Source: Polyangiales bacterium
GTDB taxonomy: Bacteria; Myxococcota_A; Polyangia; Polyangiales; Polyangiaceae
DNA: 64,000 bases
Reading direction: 5' to 3'
Assembly: GCA_038230375.1 (NCBI GenBank)
Contig: JBBRNJ010000002.1
Span: 96,001-160,000, forward strand
Shown here: in pieces, positions 35,337-47,863 of the stretch
Layout: each line of letters starts with the position of its first letter
Position numbering within the stretch: position 1 is the stretch's first letter
Notes under the pieces: generated by a model
Told to the model about the DNA's origin: nothing
What the model saw: only the letters and a program-made list of their open reading frames with translations
The model's database searches: none
Translations under genes and position numbers: made by a program

Positions 35337-36785
35337 ATGGATATCCTCTTCGTGGCAACGGAGATCGCTCCGTACGAGAAGGTCGGCGGGCTGGCGGACG
35401 TGGTCGCGGCGCTCCCCAAGGCGCTTCGCGGGCTTGGTCACAGGGTGACGGTGGTCCTCCCCAAGACGCCGCGCTTCGACGACGCCGGGCTCCTTCTCGC
35501 GCGGCGCCTCACGCCGCTCACGTTCAACTTTGGCGGCGCTGACCATGCGGTCACCCTGTACGACGTGCGCCTCTCGTCTCACGTGGAGCTGATCCTCGTG
35601 GAGTCCGGCGCGCTCTTCACGCGCCCCGAAATCTACGGCGAGCGCGGTGAGGAGTATCAGGACAACGCGGAGCGCTTCGCGGTCCTCTCGCGTGCTGCGG
35701 CTGAGATCGCGCTCGCGCGCCAGGACGGCGGACAGCCGTTCGACATCGTGCATGTACACGACTGGCCGACAGCGCTCGTGCCCGCGTATCTCCAGAAGCT
35801 CGGCGTCGCCGCGAAGTGCGTCCTCACGATCCACAACCTGAGCCACCAGGGCATCTTCCCGAAGGACGTCCTTCCCAAGCTCGGGCTCACGTGGGACGCG
35901 TTCCACGTCGACGGCATCGAGTTCTACGGCAAGCTGAACCTGCTGAAGCAGGGCATCGTATCGGCCGACGCGGTCACCACCGTGAGCCCCACGTACGCGC
36001 GCGAGATCCAGGACCCGAAGACGGGCGAGCGGCTCGACGGCATCCTGCGTGCGCGTGAGAGCGCGGTCCTTGGCATCCTGAACGGCGTGGACTACGCCGT
36101 GTGGAACCCCGCTTCGGACTCCGAGCTCGCGGCGCGCTACGACGCGGAGGACACCACGAACAAGACGCGCTGCAAGGGCGCGCTGCAGCGCGAGCTCGGG
36201 CTCCCGCTCGAGCCGGAGACGCCCGTCGTCGCGTATGTCGGTCGGCTGGTCCCTCAGAAGGGGCCCGATCTCCTCGCGAGCGCGCTGCCGGAGCTGCTTC
36301 GCGGCACGGACGCGCAGTTCATCATCGCCGGCGACGGCGACCCCGCCATCAAGGCCCACCTCGACGCCGCGTGCGCGAAGTCTGCCGGCCGCGCGGTGGC
36401 CCCAGGGCATGTGAAGGACTCGGTCGTGCATCGTGTGTTCGCGGGCGCCGACATCGTGGTGGTGCCGAGCCGCTTCGAGCCCTGCGGCCTTGTCCAGATG
36501 TACGCGCAGCGCTACGGCGCAGCGCCGGTGGTCCGCAAGACCGGCGGGCTCACCGACACAGTCGTGGACTGCGATTCAAAGCTGGAGACCGGCACTGGCT
36601 TCGTCTTCGAAGGCGACGAGGTGGGTGAGCTCGTGGGCGCCGTGGAGCGCGCGCTGGCCGCTCGCGTGCTTTCAGCGTGGCCGCGCCTCACGCGCCGGAT
36701 CATGCGCCTGGACCGCAGCTGGGATCGCGCCGCACGCCAGTACGAGCAGCTCTACAAGAGCCTGCTCGCCACCAGCACCACCTGA
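35337..36785 (+). CDS. glgA: Glycogen/starch synthase (GT5)
   Basis: KVGGLADV, HVHDWPTAL, TIHNLSHQG, GILNGVD, PSRFEPCGLVQ, TGGLTDTV. Alternative ATG 35325. Confidence 0.93.
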   Translation: MDILFVATEIAPYEKVGGLADVVAALPKALRGLGHRVTVVLPKTPRFDDAGLLLARRLTPLTFNFGGADHAVTLYDVRLSSHVELILVESGALFTRPEIYGERGEEYQDNAERFAVLSRAAAEIALARQDGGQPFDIVHVHDWPTALVPAYLQKLGVAAKCVLTIHNLSHQGIFPKDVLPKLGLTWDAFHVDGIEFYGKLNLLKQGIVSADAVTTVSPTYAREIQDPKTGERLDGILRARESAVLGILNGVDYAVWNPASDSELAARYDAEDTTNKTRCKGALQRELGLPLEPETPVVAYVGRLVPQKGPDLLASALPELLRGTDAQFIIAGDGDPAIKAHLDAACAKSAGRAVAPGHVKDSVVHRVFAGADIVVVPSRFEPCGLVQMYAQRYGAAPVVRKTGGLTDTVVDCDSKLETGTGFVFEGDEVGELVGAVERALAARVLSAWPRLTRRIMRLDRSWDRAARQYEQLYKSLLATSTT

Positions 36786-36792
36786 CCGGCGG

Positions 36793-37629
36793 TCAAGCCA
36801 CGGAGGACAGTGTCGCCGCCGCGCGTTGCTGGTCGACGACGTACGCCAGCCAGCGCACCTTCAAAAAAATGCGTGTAAGCTGCACCAGTTGGTGTGCAAC
36901 GAACAGCACCACCAGGGCGAAGCCGCCCTTGCCGCCGCCGAGCGATGCCGCGAGCGACGCCGCGATGCCGAGGCAGAGCGCGTGTCCGGCGAGCTGCGCA
37001 CCGAAGTAGAGCGCCGGCGCGAGGCGCTTCCTCCGAAGCGCCGTGTACGTCGTGATCGCCGCATCGAGCAGGCCACGGGTCCGCACGACGCCCACGTACG
37101 CGTAGTCCTCCGCCGTGGATACTGCCCATGCGAGGAGCGCGAATGGGATGAACGACGCCACGGCCCAGTTGAAAGCGGCGACCTCACCGTGGGCCTCCGC
37201 ACGCGCGCCGGCCACCCAGAACGCCAGCGCCACGCCAGCGCCGAGCGCAAGCCAGCGCACCACACCGAACGTCGCAAACATGGTGAGCATGCGGAAGAAC
37301 GAGCGCACCGCGACGCGGGCCCAGTCCTCCTGCTCGTCCAGGTACGAGATGGCGGCGGCGAGCGGCACGTGTCCAATCACCAGCGCGATCAGGGCGACCG
37401 TGACCACGAGCGTAGGTAAGAGCGAGGTCGCCGGGTCGAACCGGTAGACGAGCTCTGTCAGCTCGAGCGAGCCCGCACGGAAGAGCACCGCGTCTCCATC
37501 GGGATGCTGACCGTAGGCGCGCTCCGCCACGCTGCGAATGGGCAGCGCGACCACGAGCGCGAGCGCCGTCTCGAACAGCCAGTAGAGGAGCGACACGCGC
37601 AAGAGGCGTGAGGTCCGCGCAACGCTCAT
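36793..37629 (-). CDS. Hypothetical multi-TM membrane protein coupled to M1 peptidase
   Basis: ATG overlapping M1 peptidase stop; about 6 hydrophobic segments. Confidence 0.7.
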   Translation of the reverse strand: MSVARTSRLLRVSLLYWLFETALALVVALPIRSVAERAYGQHPDGDAVLFRAGSLELTELVYRFDPATSLLPTLVVTVALIALVIGHVPLAAAISYLDEQEDWARVAVRSFFRMLTMFATFGVVRWLALGAGVALAFWVAGARAEAHGEVAAFNWAVASFIPFALLAWAVSTAEDYAYVGVVRTRGLLDAAITTYTALRRKRLAPALYFGAQLAGHALCLGIAASLAASLGGGKGGFALVVLFVAHQLVQLTRIFLKVRWLAYVVDQQRAAATLSSVA

Positions 37630-39626
37630 GGGCTCACCGACAGCAGCAACGACTGCGCCCAGAAGAGTGCGCGCTCGAAGCTCCGCGGCGCACCCTGCGA
37701 TGTTCCCTTCGCGGTCGCCATGTGGTTGTTCAGAAAGTTCTGGTCGACGAGGACCGCGTGATCCGGATCGACAACAACGTAGGCGAGCGGGGCGTCGCCG
37801 TCGTAGTGCACCCGGAAGTGCGGGCCCTTGCCATCCCACCGCACGCGTCGCTTCGCGCCGTTCGTGTCGGTGAGCTCGATGTCGACAGGCAGTGACAGCG
37901 TGCCGCGCTTGCCGATCAGCGCGGTGCCGCCGTGACCCTTCGGCGCGCCGCGAGCGACCGTCTCGCGCTTGCCGTCCTTGTCGTAGACGCCCGCCTCTGC
38001 GTCCTGATCGGCGGCCACGCTGAGCACCACATAGTCCACCCAGCCTTTGTCGTTGAGCGCATGCTCCGCAAATGCGCGCGCGTCGTCGCCCGCGGTGTCG
38101 CCGATCTCCTGGTAGAACGTCTCTGGCGTGGGGTGCTGAAAGCGTTGCTTGCGTGCGTATTTCCCCAACGCCGTGGTGATCGGCTCGCCGTAGGTGCGCT
38201 TCAGCGTCTCCATCACCGCAGCCGTGCGACCGTAGACCAGGCGCCCGTAGTTGAAGCCCGTGGCGAACTCGTCCGCGGGAAGGTTCACGGGATCGTCGTG
38301 GACCGCATAGCGGCTGGAGACGGCCTGCACCGCGGTGTCGGACAAGGAGAGGTCGAGGAGGTCGACGACTGACGCCTCACCGTAGTGCTCGGCAAGCACG
38401 TCCTCTTCGGCGAAGCTGTTCAATCCCTCGTCGAGGAATGGATAGCGGTTCTCGTTCGAGCCGATGAGTCCATAGAACCACTGGTGACCGAGCTCGTGAA
38501 CGGTGACCTCCTCGCCAAGGAGGAAGCCGTCCGGCAGCCAGTGTGGTCCGCCGGTGGTGATCAGCGTGGGGTACTCCATCCCGCCGCTCTCACGCGCGCG
38601 ATCGGGTGGGTGCACGACGGTGAGCACGGGATAGGGATAGCGCCCGTACTTCGCGCTGAACGCAGGCAGCGAAAACGTGATGGCCGCGGCCTCGCGCTCC
38701 ATGGTGTGCTGCATGCCGCGCGGGTAGAGAAACGCAACCGACACATCGCCAATCCTCCGTTCGGTGCGCTCGAACTGGTCCCACGCGGTGAACGCGAAGT
38801 CGTGGATGTCGCCCTGCACGTGGCGCTCGGTGTGGCGCCCGCCTTCGTCCTTCTGCTCGACCACGGGTCCTGTCGCGCCCAGGACGAAGCCCGCGGGGAC
38901 GTCCACCGTGATGTCGTAGTTGCCGTAGTTCGCGTAGAACTCCGTGAGGTGCGTGAACGCGAAATGCGTGAACGTGCCGTTCGGCTCCAGCTTCGCGATC
39001 TTCGGAAACCACTGTCCAGCGAAGTGGTAGCTGCCCCAGAAGCCTGTGCGCTCGAGGATGCTCGGGAGTGTTGTCAGGAACTCCACCTCGATGGTGAGCA
39101 CGCCGCCCTTCTGCACGGCGAAGGGCAGTGGCACGCGGACGTCGGTCTCGTCGCTGTCGCGTCCGGTGGTGAGCTCGGCCTTCTGCCAGAGCTCCTCGCC
39201 GCGTGCGCGGAAGTGGGTGACGTCGATCATGCCCCACGTGCTCACGCCGCCGCCGCCGCGGAAGGGGCCCACCGGCTCACGCAGGAAGCGCGAGCCCGCG
39301 TTCTTGAACGCGTTCATGTAGAGGTGGACCCACAGCTCGTGCAGGTCCGCATTGGTGGAGTTGTGCACGGTGATCGTGCCGATGCCCGTGATGGTGTGGG
39401 CCTTCGCGTCGAGCGTTGCGCGGAGCGTGTAGTCGACGGCCGGTCCATCCGCGTGCGCCGCCATCTCCACGCCAACATAGGTCTCGTGCGACTGCGACGG
39501 TACAGCGTGCGGTGCTGCCTCCCGCGGCGGCAGGTTCGTCCCGTCACCTTGCGCGCCAGCCAGACCCGCAAGCGCAAGAACGCTCACGAGAAACCCCAGC
39601 GCCAAGATGGCTCGACCAACCCGCAT
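37626..39626 (-). CDS. Secreted M1-family metallo-aminopeptidase
   Basis: Signal peptide; GGMEYP, HELGHQWF..FLDEG, VYGRTA. Confidence 0.93.
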   Translation of the reverse strand: MRVGRAILALGFLVSVLALAGLAGAQGDGTNLPPREAAPHAVPSQSHETYVGVEMAAHADGPAVDYTLRATLDAKAHTITGIGTITVHNSTNADLHELWVHLYMNAFKNAGSRFLREPVGPFRGGGGVSTWGMIDVTHFRARGEELWQKAELTTGRDSDETDVRVPLPFAVQKGGVLTIEVEFLTTLPSILERTGFWGSYHFAGQWFPKIAKLEPNGTFTHFAFTHLTEFYANYGNYDITVDVPAGFVLGATGPVVEQKDEGGRHTERHVQGDIHDFAFTAWDQFERTERRIGDVSVAFLYPRGMQHTMEREAAAITFSLPAFSAKYGRYPYPVLTVVHPPDRARESGGMEYPTLITTGGPHWLPDGFLLGEEVTVHELGHQWFYGLIGSNENRYPFLDEGLNSFAEEDVLAEHYGEASVVDLLDLSLSDTAVQAVSSRYAVHDDPVNLPADEFATGFNYGRLVYGRTAAVMETLKRTYGEPITTALGKYARKQRFQHPTPETFYQEIGDTAGDDARAFAEHALNDKGWVDYVVLSVAADQDAEAGVYDKDGKRETVARGAPKGHGGTALIGKRGTLSLPVDIELTDTNGAKRRVRWDGKGPHFRVHYDGDAPLAYVVVDPDHAVLVDQNFLNNHMATAKGTSQGAPRSFERALFWAQSLLLSVSP

Positions 39627-39671
39627 GCAGACTCCACGCATTAGCACGCTGACCGCGTGCTCGGGTGCGTG

Positions 39672-40700
39672 TCAGAAGAGCGCGAGCTGGGCGCGGGGGC
39701 GCTCGAAGGTGCTTGGTTCGTCCCTCTTCCAGTCCTCGCGTGCGAGGAGGCCGTGGCGTTCGGCGGTGGTCTTGAAGAGCGTGTTCACCATCTCCGCGTA
39801 GGCGCCCTCGCCCTTCCCGCGTTTTCCGAACTGTGCATTATACATCTTGTCGCCACCCGAGCCCTCGCGGACGCGGCGCAGGATCTTCTCGGCGCGATCC
39901 GGGAAGGCAGCGCGGACGCGGGCCTCGAAGACGGGGGCGACTGCGCCTGGTAGCCGCAGGAACACGGCGAAGGCATGTGATGCGCCTGCGGCCGCGGCGC
40001 GCTCGAGCACCTTCGGAATGTCCTGGTCCGAGAGCCCCGGGATCACGGGCGACACGCTCACGCCCACGGAGATGCCTGCGCTCGCGAGGCGCTCGATGAT
40101 GGCGAAGCGCCGCGCGGGCGAAGGCGCGTACGGCTCGATGGCGCGTGCGTTGTCCGGATTGAAGAAAGGAATACTCACGCTCACTGTGGCGCGCGCGTGT
40201 CGCGTCAGGTCCACGAGGAGATCGATGTCGCGCTCGATCGTGGCGCCCTTCGTGATCACTCCGACGGGATTCTTGTAGAGTGCACACACTTCAAGGCAGG
40301 CGCGCGTGAGGCCAAGCTGCGCCTCCAGTGGCTGGTAGCAGTCCGTGACCCCGGAGAAGACGAGCGTGTCGCCTTTCCACGAGCGCTTCTCCAGCGCCTC
40401 TCGCAGGAGCTCCGCCGCGCGACGCTTCACGACGATCTTCCGATCGAAGTCCGTTCCGGCGCCCAGGCTCAGGTACTCGTGCGTGGGGCGCGCGTAGCAA
40501 TACGCGCACGCGTGCATGCATCCCCGATACGGGTTCACGCTGAAGTCGAAGCCGATGTCGGGGCTGTCGTTGTGCGCGATGATGCTCTTGCTGTGATCGT
40601 CGATCACCTCGACGTGGGCGAGGGGAGATTCGCCGCCGTCGTACTCGATGACCTCACGATCCCAGCGCCGAGCTGGGTTCGACATGGGGAGCTTCCGCAC
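39672..40700 (-). CDS. PA0069/Rv2578c-family radical SAM protein
   Basis: NDSPDIGF..NPYRGCMHACAYCYARP, GVTDCYQP, ITKG, LRLPGAV, QLALF tail. Confidence 0.92.
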   Translation of the reverse strand: MRKLPMSNPARRWDREVIEYDGGESPLAHVEVIDDHSKSIIAHNDSPDIGFDFSVNPYRGCMHACAYCYARPTHEYLSLGAGTDFDRKIVVKRRAAELLREALEKRSWKGDTLVFSGVTDCYQPLEAQLGLTRACLEVCALYKNPVGVITKGATIERDIDLLVDLTRHARATVSVSIPFFNPDNARAIEPYAPSPARRFAIIERLASAGISVGVSVSPVIPGLSDQDIPKVLERAAAAGASHAFAVFLRLPGAVAPVFEARVRAAFPDRAEKILRRVREGSGGDKMYNAQFGKRGKGEGAYAEMVNTLFKTTAERHGLLAREDWKRDEPSTFERPRAQLALF

Positions 40701-40736
40701 CCATCCACTATACTGAACTAATGTATAGTTTCAAGG

Positions 40737-43004
<2,268 letters not shown>

Positions 43005-43007
43005 GGG

Positions 43008-43385
43008 TCACTCGGGCTCCGATGTCACGAGCAGCGGCATTCCGCTCTCCCTGGCGTGGTTCATCACGTTCTCCACCTTGGTCTCCGCCACGTCGCGAGT
43101 GTACACGCCCGCGACGGCGTTGCCCTTCGTGTGCACGGTCAGCATGATGTGCGTAGCCTCTGCCTGGGTCTTGTGGAAGAAGCGCAGCAAGGTCTCGATG
43201 ACGAACTCCATCGTGGTGTAGTCATCGTTGTGATAAAGTACCTTGTACCTTTTTGGCGTGGTCGGCTTGATGTCGACGTCTACGCCAGCGTCCTCGTCGA
43301 AGTCCGGACCGGAGGGGTCAGACGGCCCGCCGGGACCGCTGGGGCCGGAAGGCGGAGGCTTCTTCTGATTGCGGGGCGGGCTCAT
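43008..43385 (-). CDS. clpS: Clp protease adaptor ClpS
   Basis: YKVLYHNDDYTTMEFV, IMLTVHTKG, DVAETK. Confidence 0.96.
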   Translation of the reverse strand: MSPPRNQKKPPPSGPSGPGGPSDPSGPDFDEDAGVDVDIKPTTPKRYKVLYHNDDYTTMEFVIETLLRFFHKTQAEATHIMLTVHTKGNAVAGVYTRDVAETKVENVMNHARESGMPLLVTSEPE

Positions 43386-43491
43386 GAGGAGAATGTAGGA
43401 CCCCCAATGTGGGTCGTGCACTTGTTTCCGCAAGATCGAATTAAGACGCGGAGCCAGGGGCCCGGGGTACATAATATGTAGATCTTAGACC

Positions 43492-44889
43492 ATGGAGCTT
43501 GCGGAGAACGTAGTCGTTGCGAACCGCTTCCGCCTCGTCCGCCTCGTTGGCAAGGGCGGGATGGGGTCGGTCTGGCGCGCGTTCGACCAGAACCTTGGCA
43601 CGGACTGCGCGGTCAAGTTCATCGAAGGTGATCTCGCGAAGCGGCCCGAGGCCCAGACCCGCTTCAAGCGCGAGGCGCAGGCAGCCGCCCAGCTGCGCAG
43701 CCCGAACATCGTCCAGATCTTCGACCACAACGTGTGGGAAGGCGTGCCCTACTGCGCCATGGAGTTCCTCGAGGGCGAGGATCTCGGCAAGCGCCTCAAG
43801 GCACTGAAGAAGATCCCCCACGCCGATCTCGCGCACGTCATGTCCGAGGCATGCCGCGGCCTCCAGAAGGCGCACGAGAAGGGCATCATCCATCGCGACC
43901 TCAAGCCGGACAACATCTTCATCGTGCGGGACGACGACCGCGAGATCGTGAAGGTCCTGGATTTCGGCATCGCAAAGCTCACCGACGGCGGGCTGGACGT
44001 GAGCTCCGGCACCAAGACCGGCGCCATTCTCGGCACGCCGCAGTACATGAGCCCGGAGCAGGCGCAGGGCACCAAGGCCATCGACGCCCGGAGCGATCTC
44101 TGGTCACTCGCCATCATTGCCTATGAGTGCATCACCGGCGAGCTCCCGCTCGACAGCAAGGCGCTCGGCGATCTGCTCGTGAAGATCATCGTCAACCCGA
44201 TGCCCATTCCCTCGCAGATCGATCCGACCGTGCCGCCCGGCTTCGACGCCTGGTTCGCGAAGGCGACCACCCGCGATCCCGAGGGCCGCTTCCAGACCGC
44301 GCGCGCGTTCGCGGACGCCCTGTCCGTCTCGCTGGGAGTCGCCGCGCCGATCGCGGCCCGGATGGCCTCCATGTCGGGAGCGGGCGCGGGTGATTCTGGT
44401 GCGTACAACCTGGGCATCGGCCCGTCATCCGCGGGCGTCAGCAGCGAGCCCGTCCTTCGCCCACTGAGCGTCACCATGGACGGCGCTCGCGCCGAGACCG
44501 CAGCAGGCGTTCCCGCAAGAGGCAGCGTGGGGCTGATGGTTGCCATTGCGGCTGGCGTGGTGCTCCTCGCGGGCGCGGCCATCGTCGGCATCATCTCGCT
44601 TCGCCCGAAGACAGCCGCGGGTGTGCAAGCGCCCATCGCAGAGAGCGCAAAGCCCGACGCCGTCTCGATGCCCACACTTGCGGCGGCTTCTGCCATGCCT
44701 GCCATGCCCGCCGTTGCCGTCGTTCCCGCCGTTGCCGTCGTTCCCAGCGCGGAGGTCGGCAAGGTCGTCGCAAAGCCCGGGACAGGGACCCAGGCGAAGG
44801 TCGGTGGTGTTTCTGGTAGCGGCGGCGGTGCCAAGGCTACGGCAAAGCCCGCCACCAAACCCGGCGGCAAGCCCGATCTGGGGTTCTGA
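43492..44889 (+). CDS. Hanks-type Ser/Thr protein kinase with TM segment
   Basis: GKGGMGSVW, AVK, HRDLKPDN, DFGIAK, GTPQYMSPEQ, DLWSL; TM; low-complexity tail ending DLGF. Confidence 0.96.
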   Translation: MELAENVVVANRFRLVRLVGKGGMGSVWRAFDQNLGTDCAVKFIEGDLAKRPEAQTRFKREAQAAAQLRSPNIVQIFDHNVWEGVPYCAMEFLEGEDLGKRLKALKKIPHADLAHVMSEACRGLQKAHEKGIIHRDLKPDNIFIVRDDDREIVKVLDFGIAKLTDGGLDVSSGTKTGAILGTPQYMSPEQAQGTKAIDARSDLWSLAIIAYECITGELPLDSKALGDLLVKIIVNPMPIPSQIDPTVPPGFDAWFAKATTRDPEGRFQTARAFADALSVSLGVAAPIAARMASMSGAGAGDSGAYNLGIGPSSAGVSSEPVLRPLSVTMDGARAETAAGVPARGSVGLMVAIAAGVVLLAGAAIVGIISLRPKTAAGVQAPIAESAKPDAVSMPTLAAASAMPAMPAVAVVPAVAVVPSAEVGKVVAKPGTGTQAKVGGVSGSGGGAKATAKPATKPGGKPDLGF

Positions 44890-45654
44890 GTGAGCGCCGA
44901 CGCGCTGATCCAGAAGACGCGCGGCCTGCTCGAGCCCGAGCTGCGCGCTTCGTTCGTGTTTGCGCTCGTGCGTGATGAGCCAGCGGAGGAGCTTGCACCG
45001 GTGCTCGAGGATCTCTGTGCACGCGCGGAACAGGCGGAGCTGCCCGCGCGCGAGGTGCTCGTCGCGCTCGTGGATGCGCTCGGTCGCCCTGACCTCGTGG
45101 ACGCGACGCAACGGCTCCGCGAAGAGGCCACAGGTCGCGCCTTCCTTGCGCTGGAACGCTTGCTTCGCCAGCCGGTGATCACGCTCGGCGAACGGACGGC
45201 GCGCAAAGAGCACATCCCGGACTACGGGCGCGGACGCACGCTCACGCTCGGCGAACGAAAGAGCCTTGCGCGAAAGCCCGATCGCAACACGCTGGAGCGG
45301 CTGCTCGCCGATCCACATCCGGCGGTCATCGAGCGGCTGCTCGCGAACCCGCGGCTCGTCGAGGAGGACGTCCTGCGCATTGCCGCGCGCCGTCCGGGGC
45401 ACGCGCCAGTGCTCGTGGCGATCGCAAGATCACCGCGCTGGATCCACCGCCCGCGTATCCGCCTGGCGCTGGTGCTGAACCCCGACTCGCCGCCCGAGAC
45501 CACCGCGCTCGTCTGCGGGCTGCTCATGCGTCAGGAGCTGCGGCTCGTCATCGAGTACACGCACGTCGAGCCGTCGATACGTGCACTATGCATGGAATAC
45601 CTCGAGCGTCGACCACCGGGGCCGGAGCCGGACGACGATCCCGAAGTGCACTGA
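44890..45654 (+). CDS. Conserved hypothetical helical-repeat (LRV/HEAT-like) protein
   Basis: GTG directly after kinase stop; LGERKSLAR..LLADPHPAVI..LLANPRL..RLALVLNP. Confidence 0.75.
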   Translation: MSADALIQKTRGLLEPELRASFVFALVRDEPAEELAPVLEDLCARAEQAELPAREVLVALVDALGRPDLVDATQRLREEATGRAFLALERLLRQPVITLGERTARKEHIPDYGRGRTLTLGERKSLARKPDRNTLERLLADPHPAVIERLLANPRLVEEDVLRIAARRPGHAPVLVAIARSPRWIHRPRIRLALVLNPDSPPETTALVCGLLMRQELRLVIEYTHVEPSIRALCMEYLERRPPGPEPDDDPEVH

Positions 45655-45656
45655 TC

Positions 45657-46694
45657 CTATTTCGCGTCGATGCTGACGTGGCCCGCTTGCACGTCGGCGG
45701 AAGCACCGGCCATCTCGAACGCGGGCCCCACATCCGTGGCGGCGAGGAGCTCGCGTGAGAAGAATGCCGTCATGTAGCGCACGGCGTAGGCCAGCACGAT
45801 CTTCGGGTCTGCCTTGCCGGCGGGCGTACACAGATTGCATTGCGTGCACGACGCTTGATCCTGGAGCTGCGTGTGCCCGGCGCCGAGCCCGACGATCTTG
45901 ACGGAAGGCGAGGGGCTCACCGGGAACAGCGTCTCGGCGCCGTCGGCCGCTGGTGAGCACGTGGAGGCCACCTCCGCTTCCAGGTAGACGGTCGGGATAC
46001 CGATCTGCGGGAGCGTGTCGCGCGCCTGCTTTCCCCCGCTGACGGTGGTGGTGTCGACCGGGTCAAGGCCGAACCAGGCGACGACCTTGCCCTTCAGCCC
46101 TTGCTCCGCCGCGAGCAGCGTGGTCTTGCCGCCGCGCGAGTGACCCGCGAGTCCCACGTGTGCAAGGTCCACCTTGCCGGCATACGCGGTCGGGAGCCAG
46201 GTTCCGACCGCGTACTCCACGTCGGCCGCCACATCCGTGGTGACCGTGAGCGGACCCGGGTCGTCGCGCAGGAGGACCATGATGCCGTAGCTCGCGAGCC
46301 GCGAGGCGAAGGGCGCGTACGCCGCCGCCTTCTGCAGGAGCCCCGGCGAGATGCTGACGACAGGATGCAATCCCGCGGAGGTCGGCACGTAGGCGAGCTC
46401 CGTGAAGGCGTGCGTGCCGTTCGTCAGCGCCGCGCTCTCCGTGGTGAATGCCAACGGACCATCGTGATCGTAGCGGAGAGCGGAGCTGCTTCCGGCATCC
46501 GCACCGGTGTTGCTTCCAGCATCCGTGGCAGACGCGCTCGAGGCGTCCCCGGAGCCGCCGTCGGTCGTCGCGAGAGAAGCATTGCCCCCATCGTCGTCCG
46601 CGCCAGTCGTACTGCCGGCGTTGCTCGTGTCACCCGAGGCCGCGCATGCGGCGAGCATCACGCACGAAGAGAGCAGGAGGAGGGGCCTAGCCAT
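45657..46694 (-). CDS. Chlorophyllase/cutinase-like alpha/beta hydrolase lipoprotein
   Basis: Lipobox LAAC; RLASYG, GHSRGG nucleophile, GLDPVD, GAGHTQ. Confidence 0.85.
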   Translation of the reverse strand: MARPLLLLSSCVMLAACAASGDTSNAGSTTGADDDGGNASLATTDGGSGDASSASATDAGSNTGADAGSSSALRYDHDGPLAFTTESAALTNGTHAFTELAYVPTSAGLHPVVSISPGLLQKAAAYAPFASRLASYGIMVLLRDDPGPLTVTTDVAADVEYAVGTWLPTAYAGKVDLAHVGLAGHSRGGKTTLLAAEQGLKGKVVAWFGLDPVDTTTVSGGKQARDTLPQIGIPTVYLEAEVASTCSPAADGAETLFPVSPSPSVKIVGLGAGHTQLQDQASCTQCNLCTPAGKADPKIVLAYAVRYMTAFFSRELLAATDVGPAFEMAGASADVQAGHVSIDAK

Positions 46695-47760
46695 CGATGA
46701 CTGCCTTGAAGAGTCGCACGACCTCGGCGTGACCGTCGGGGTTCGGGTGGTAACACGTGGCGTCGAACCAGAGCGGCGTGCTCGCACCGCGGTAGCACTG
46801 GAGCGTGCTGTCGGTGCGCTCGTAGCCGTGACCGCAGAAGTCCTCGAACAGGAACACCACGTCGATGTTGGTCTGCACCGCGACGCGCATGATCTGCTCC
46901 TCGAAGTGCACGACCGCGTCTGCGCCCTGCGGCCAGCTGCCCTTGAGCCCGGAGAGCGACGCCGCCGCGCACGAGTCGAGCTTGCCGGAGGTGTCGGTGT
47001 ACTCGTAGACGTTGGAGAGGACGACGTCGACGCCGTTGGGGAAGCGCACCGGATCCTTGAGCCAGTGCATCGCGTCTTCCATCAGCTTGATCGAGTCGTC
47101 CGCAGCGGCGAGCGCCGCGGGGCCGTCCAGCTGGTCCTTCGCCCATGCGGCGATGTCGTTGCCACCGTTGGTCATGACGACCAGCGTGTGTCGTGTGTCG
47201 ACCGCGTTGGGAAAGCACTTGGCGATCTCGCCCTTCCCGATCAGCAGATCATCGAACCGCGCGCCCCATGCCGAGCAGTCGTCGACCGGAATGGCGCCGA
47301 ACTTCTTGATCATCGCCTCGCTCACCTGCGTCCGGTAGAACTGCGTGGGTGAGGTGGGCGGCGTGCCTGTGGTGATCGAGTCGCCGAGGAACACCACGCG
47401 CTGCACGCCGGTGATGTTCTGGTGGTGCGTGCCGAGGCAGCTCGGAAGGATGGTCGGGTGGAACTGATCGTAGTTGGGTGCTTGCTTCGCGCCCGTGAGG
47501 TTCTTGAAGCACGCCGCGGCGGTCGGCGGACCAGCGTCGATCGTGCTGCCCGCGTCGGATCCCGCGCCGGAATCCGTGGCGACGCTGGCGTCGGGGTGGT
47601 CCATTCCTGTCGGCGTGCTCCCGCCCGCGTCCGCTCCATCGATGGCGCCTGCTCCGGCGCTCCCGCCGGGACTCGCAGGGTCGGAACCGCCGCCCGCGCA
47701 GGCGGCCAGCGCGACGACGCATAGAAACGAAGGAATCCCTGTGGTGGAGAGCTTCATCAC
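46687..47760 (-). CDS. SGNH/GDSL hydrolase lipoprotein
   Basis: Lipobox LAAC; FLGDSIT, GGND, D..CYHPN..GH. Confidence 0.9.
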   Translation of the reverse strand: MMKLSTTGIPSFLCVVALAACAGGGSDPASPGGSAGAGAIDGADAGGSTPTGMDHPDASVATDSGAGSDAGSTIDAGPPTAAACFKNLTGAKQAPNYDQFHPTILPSCLGTHHQNITGVQRVVFLGDSITTGTPPTSPTQFYRTQVSEAMIKKFGAIPVDDCSAWGARFDDLLIGKGEIAKCFPNAVDTRHTLVVMTNGGNDIAAWAKDQLDGPAALAAADDSIKLMEDAMHWLKDPVRFPNGVDVVLSNVYEYTDTSGKLDSCAAASLSGLKGSWPQGADAVVHFEEQIMRVAVQTNIDVVFLFEDFCGHGYERTDSTLQCYRGASTPLWFDATCYHPNPDGHAEVVRLFKAVIDG

Positions 47761-47863
47761 GGTGCGAAACAGCTACCGCACGCGTATCGTCGGCGCAATA
47801 AAAACTTTACTGTTTCAATGATGGAGCCTTGAACGAGACGCCGATTTGCGTCAGAATTCGCGT

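Noticed and set aside
44690..44745. Short tandem repeats in the kinase tail (PAM, PAVAVV)
   Set aside because: In-frame low-complexity linker expansions, common in such kinases.
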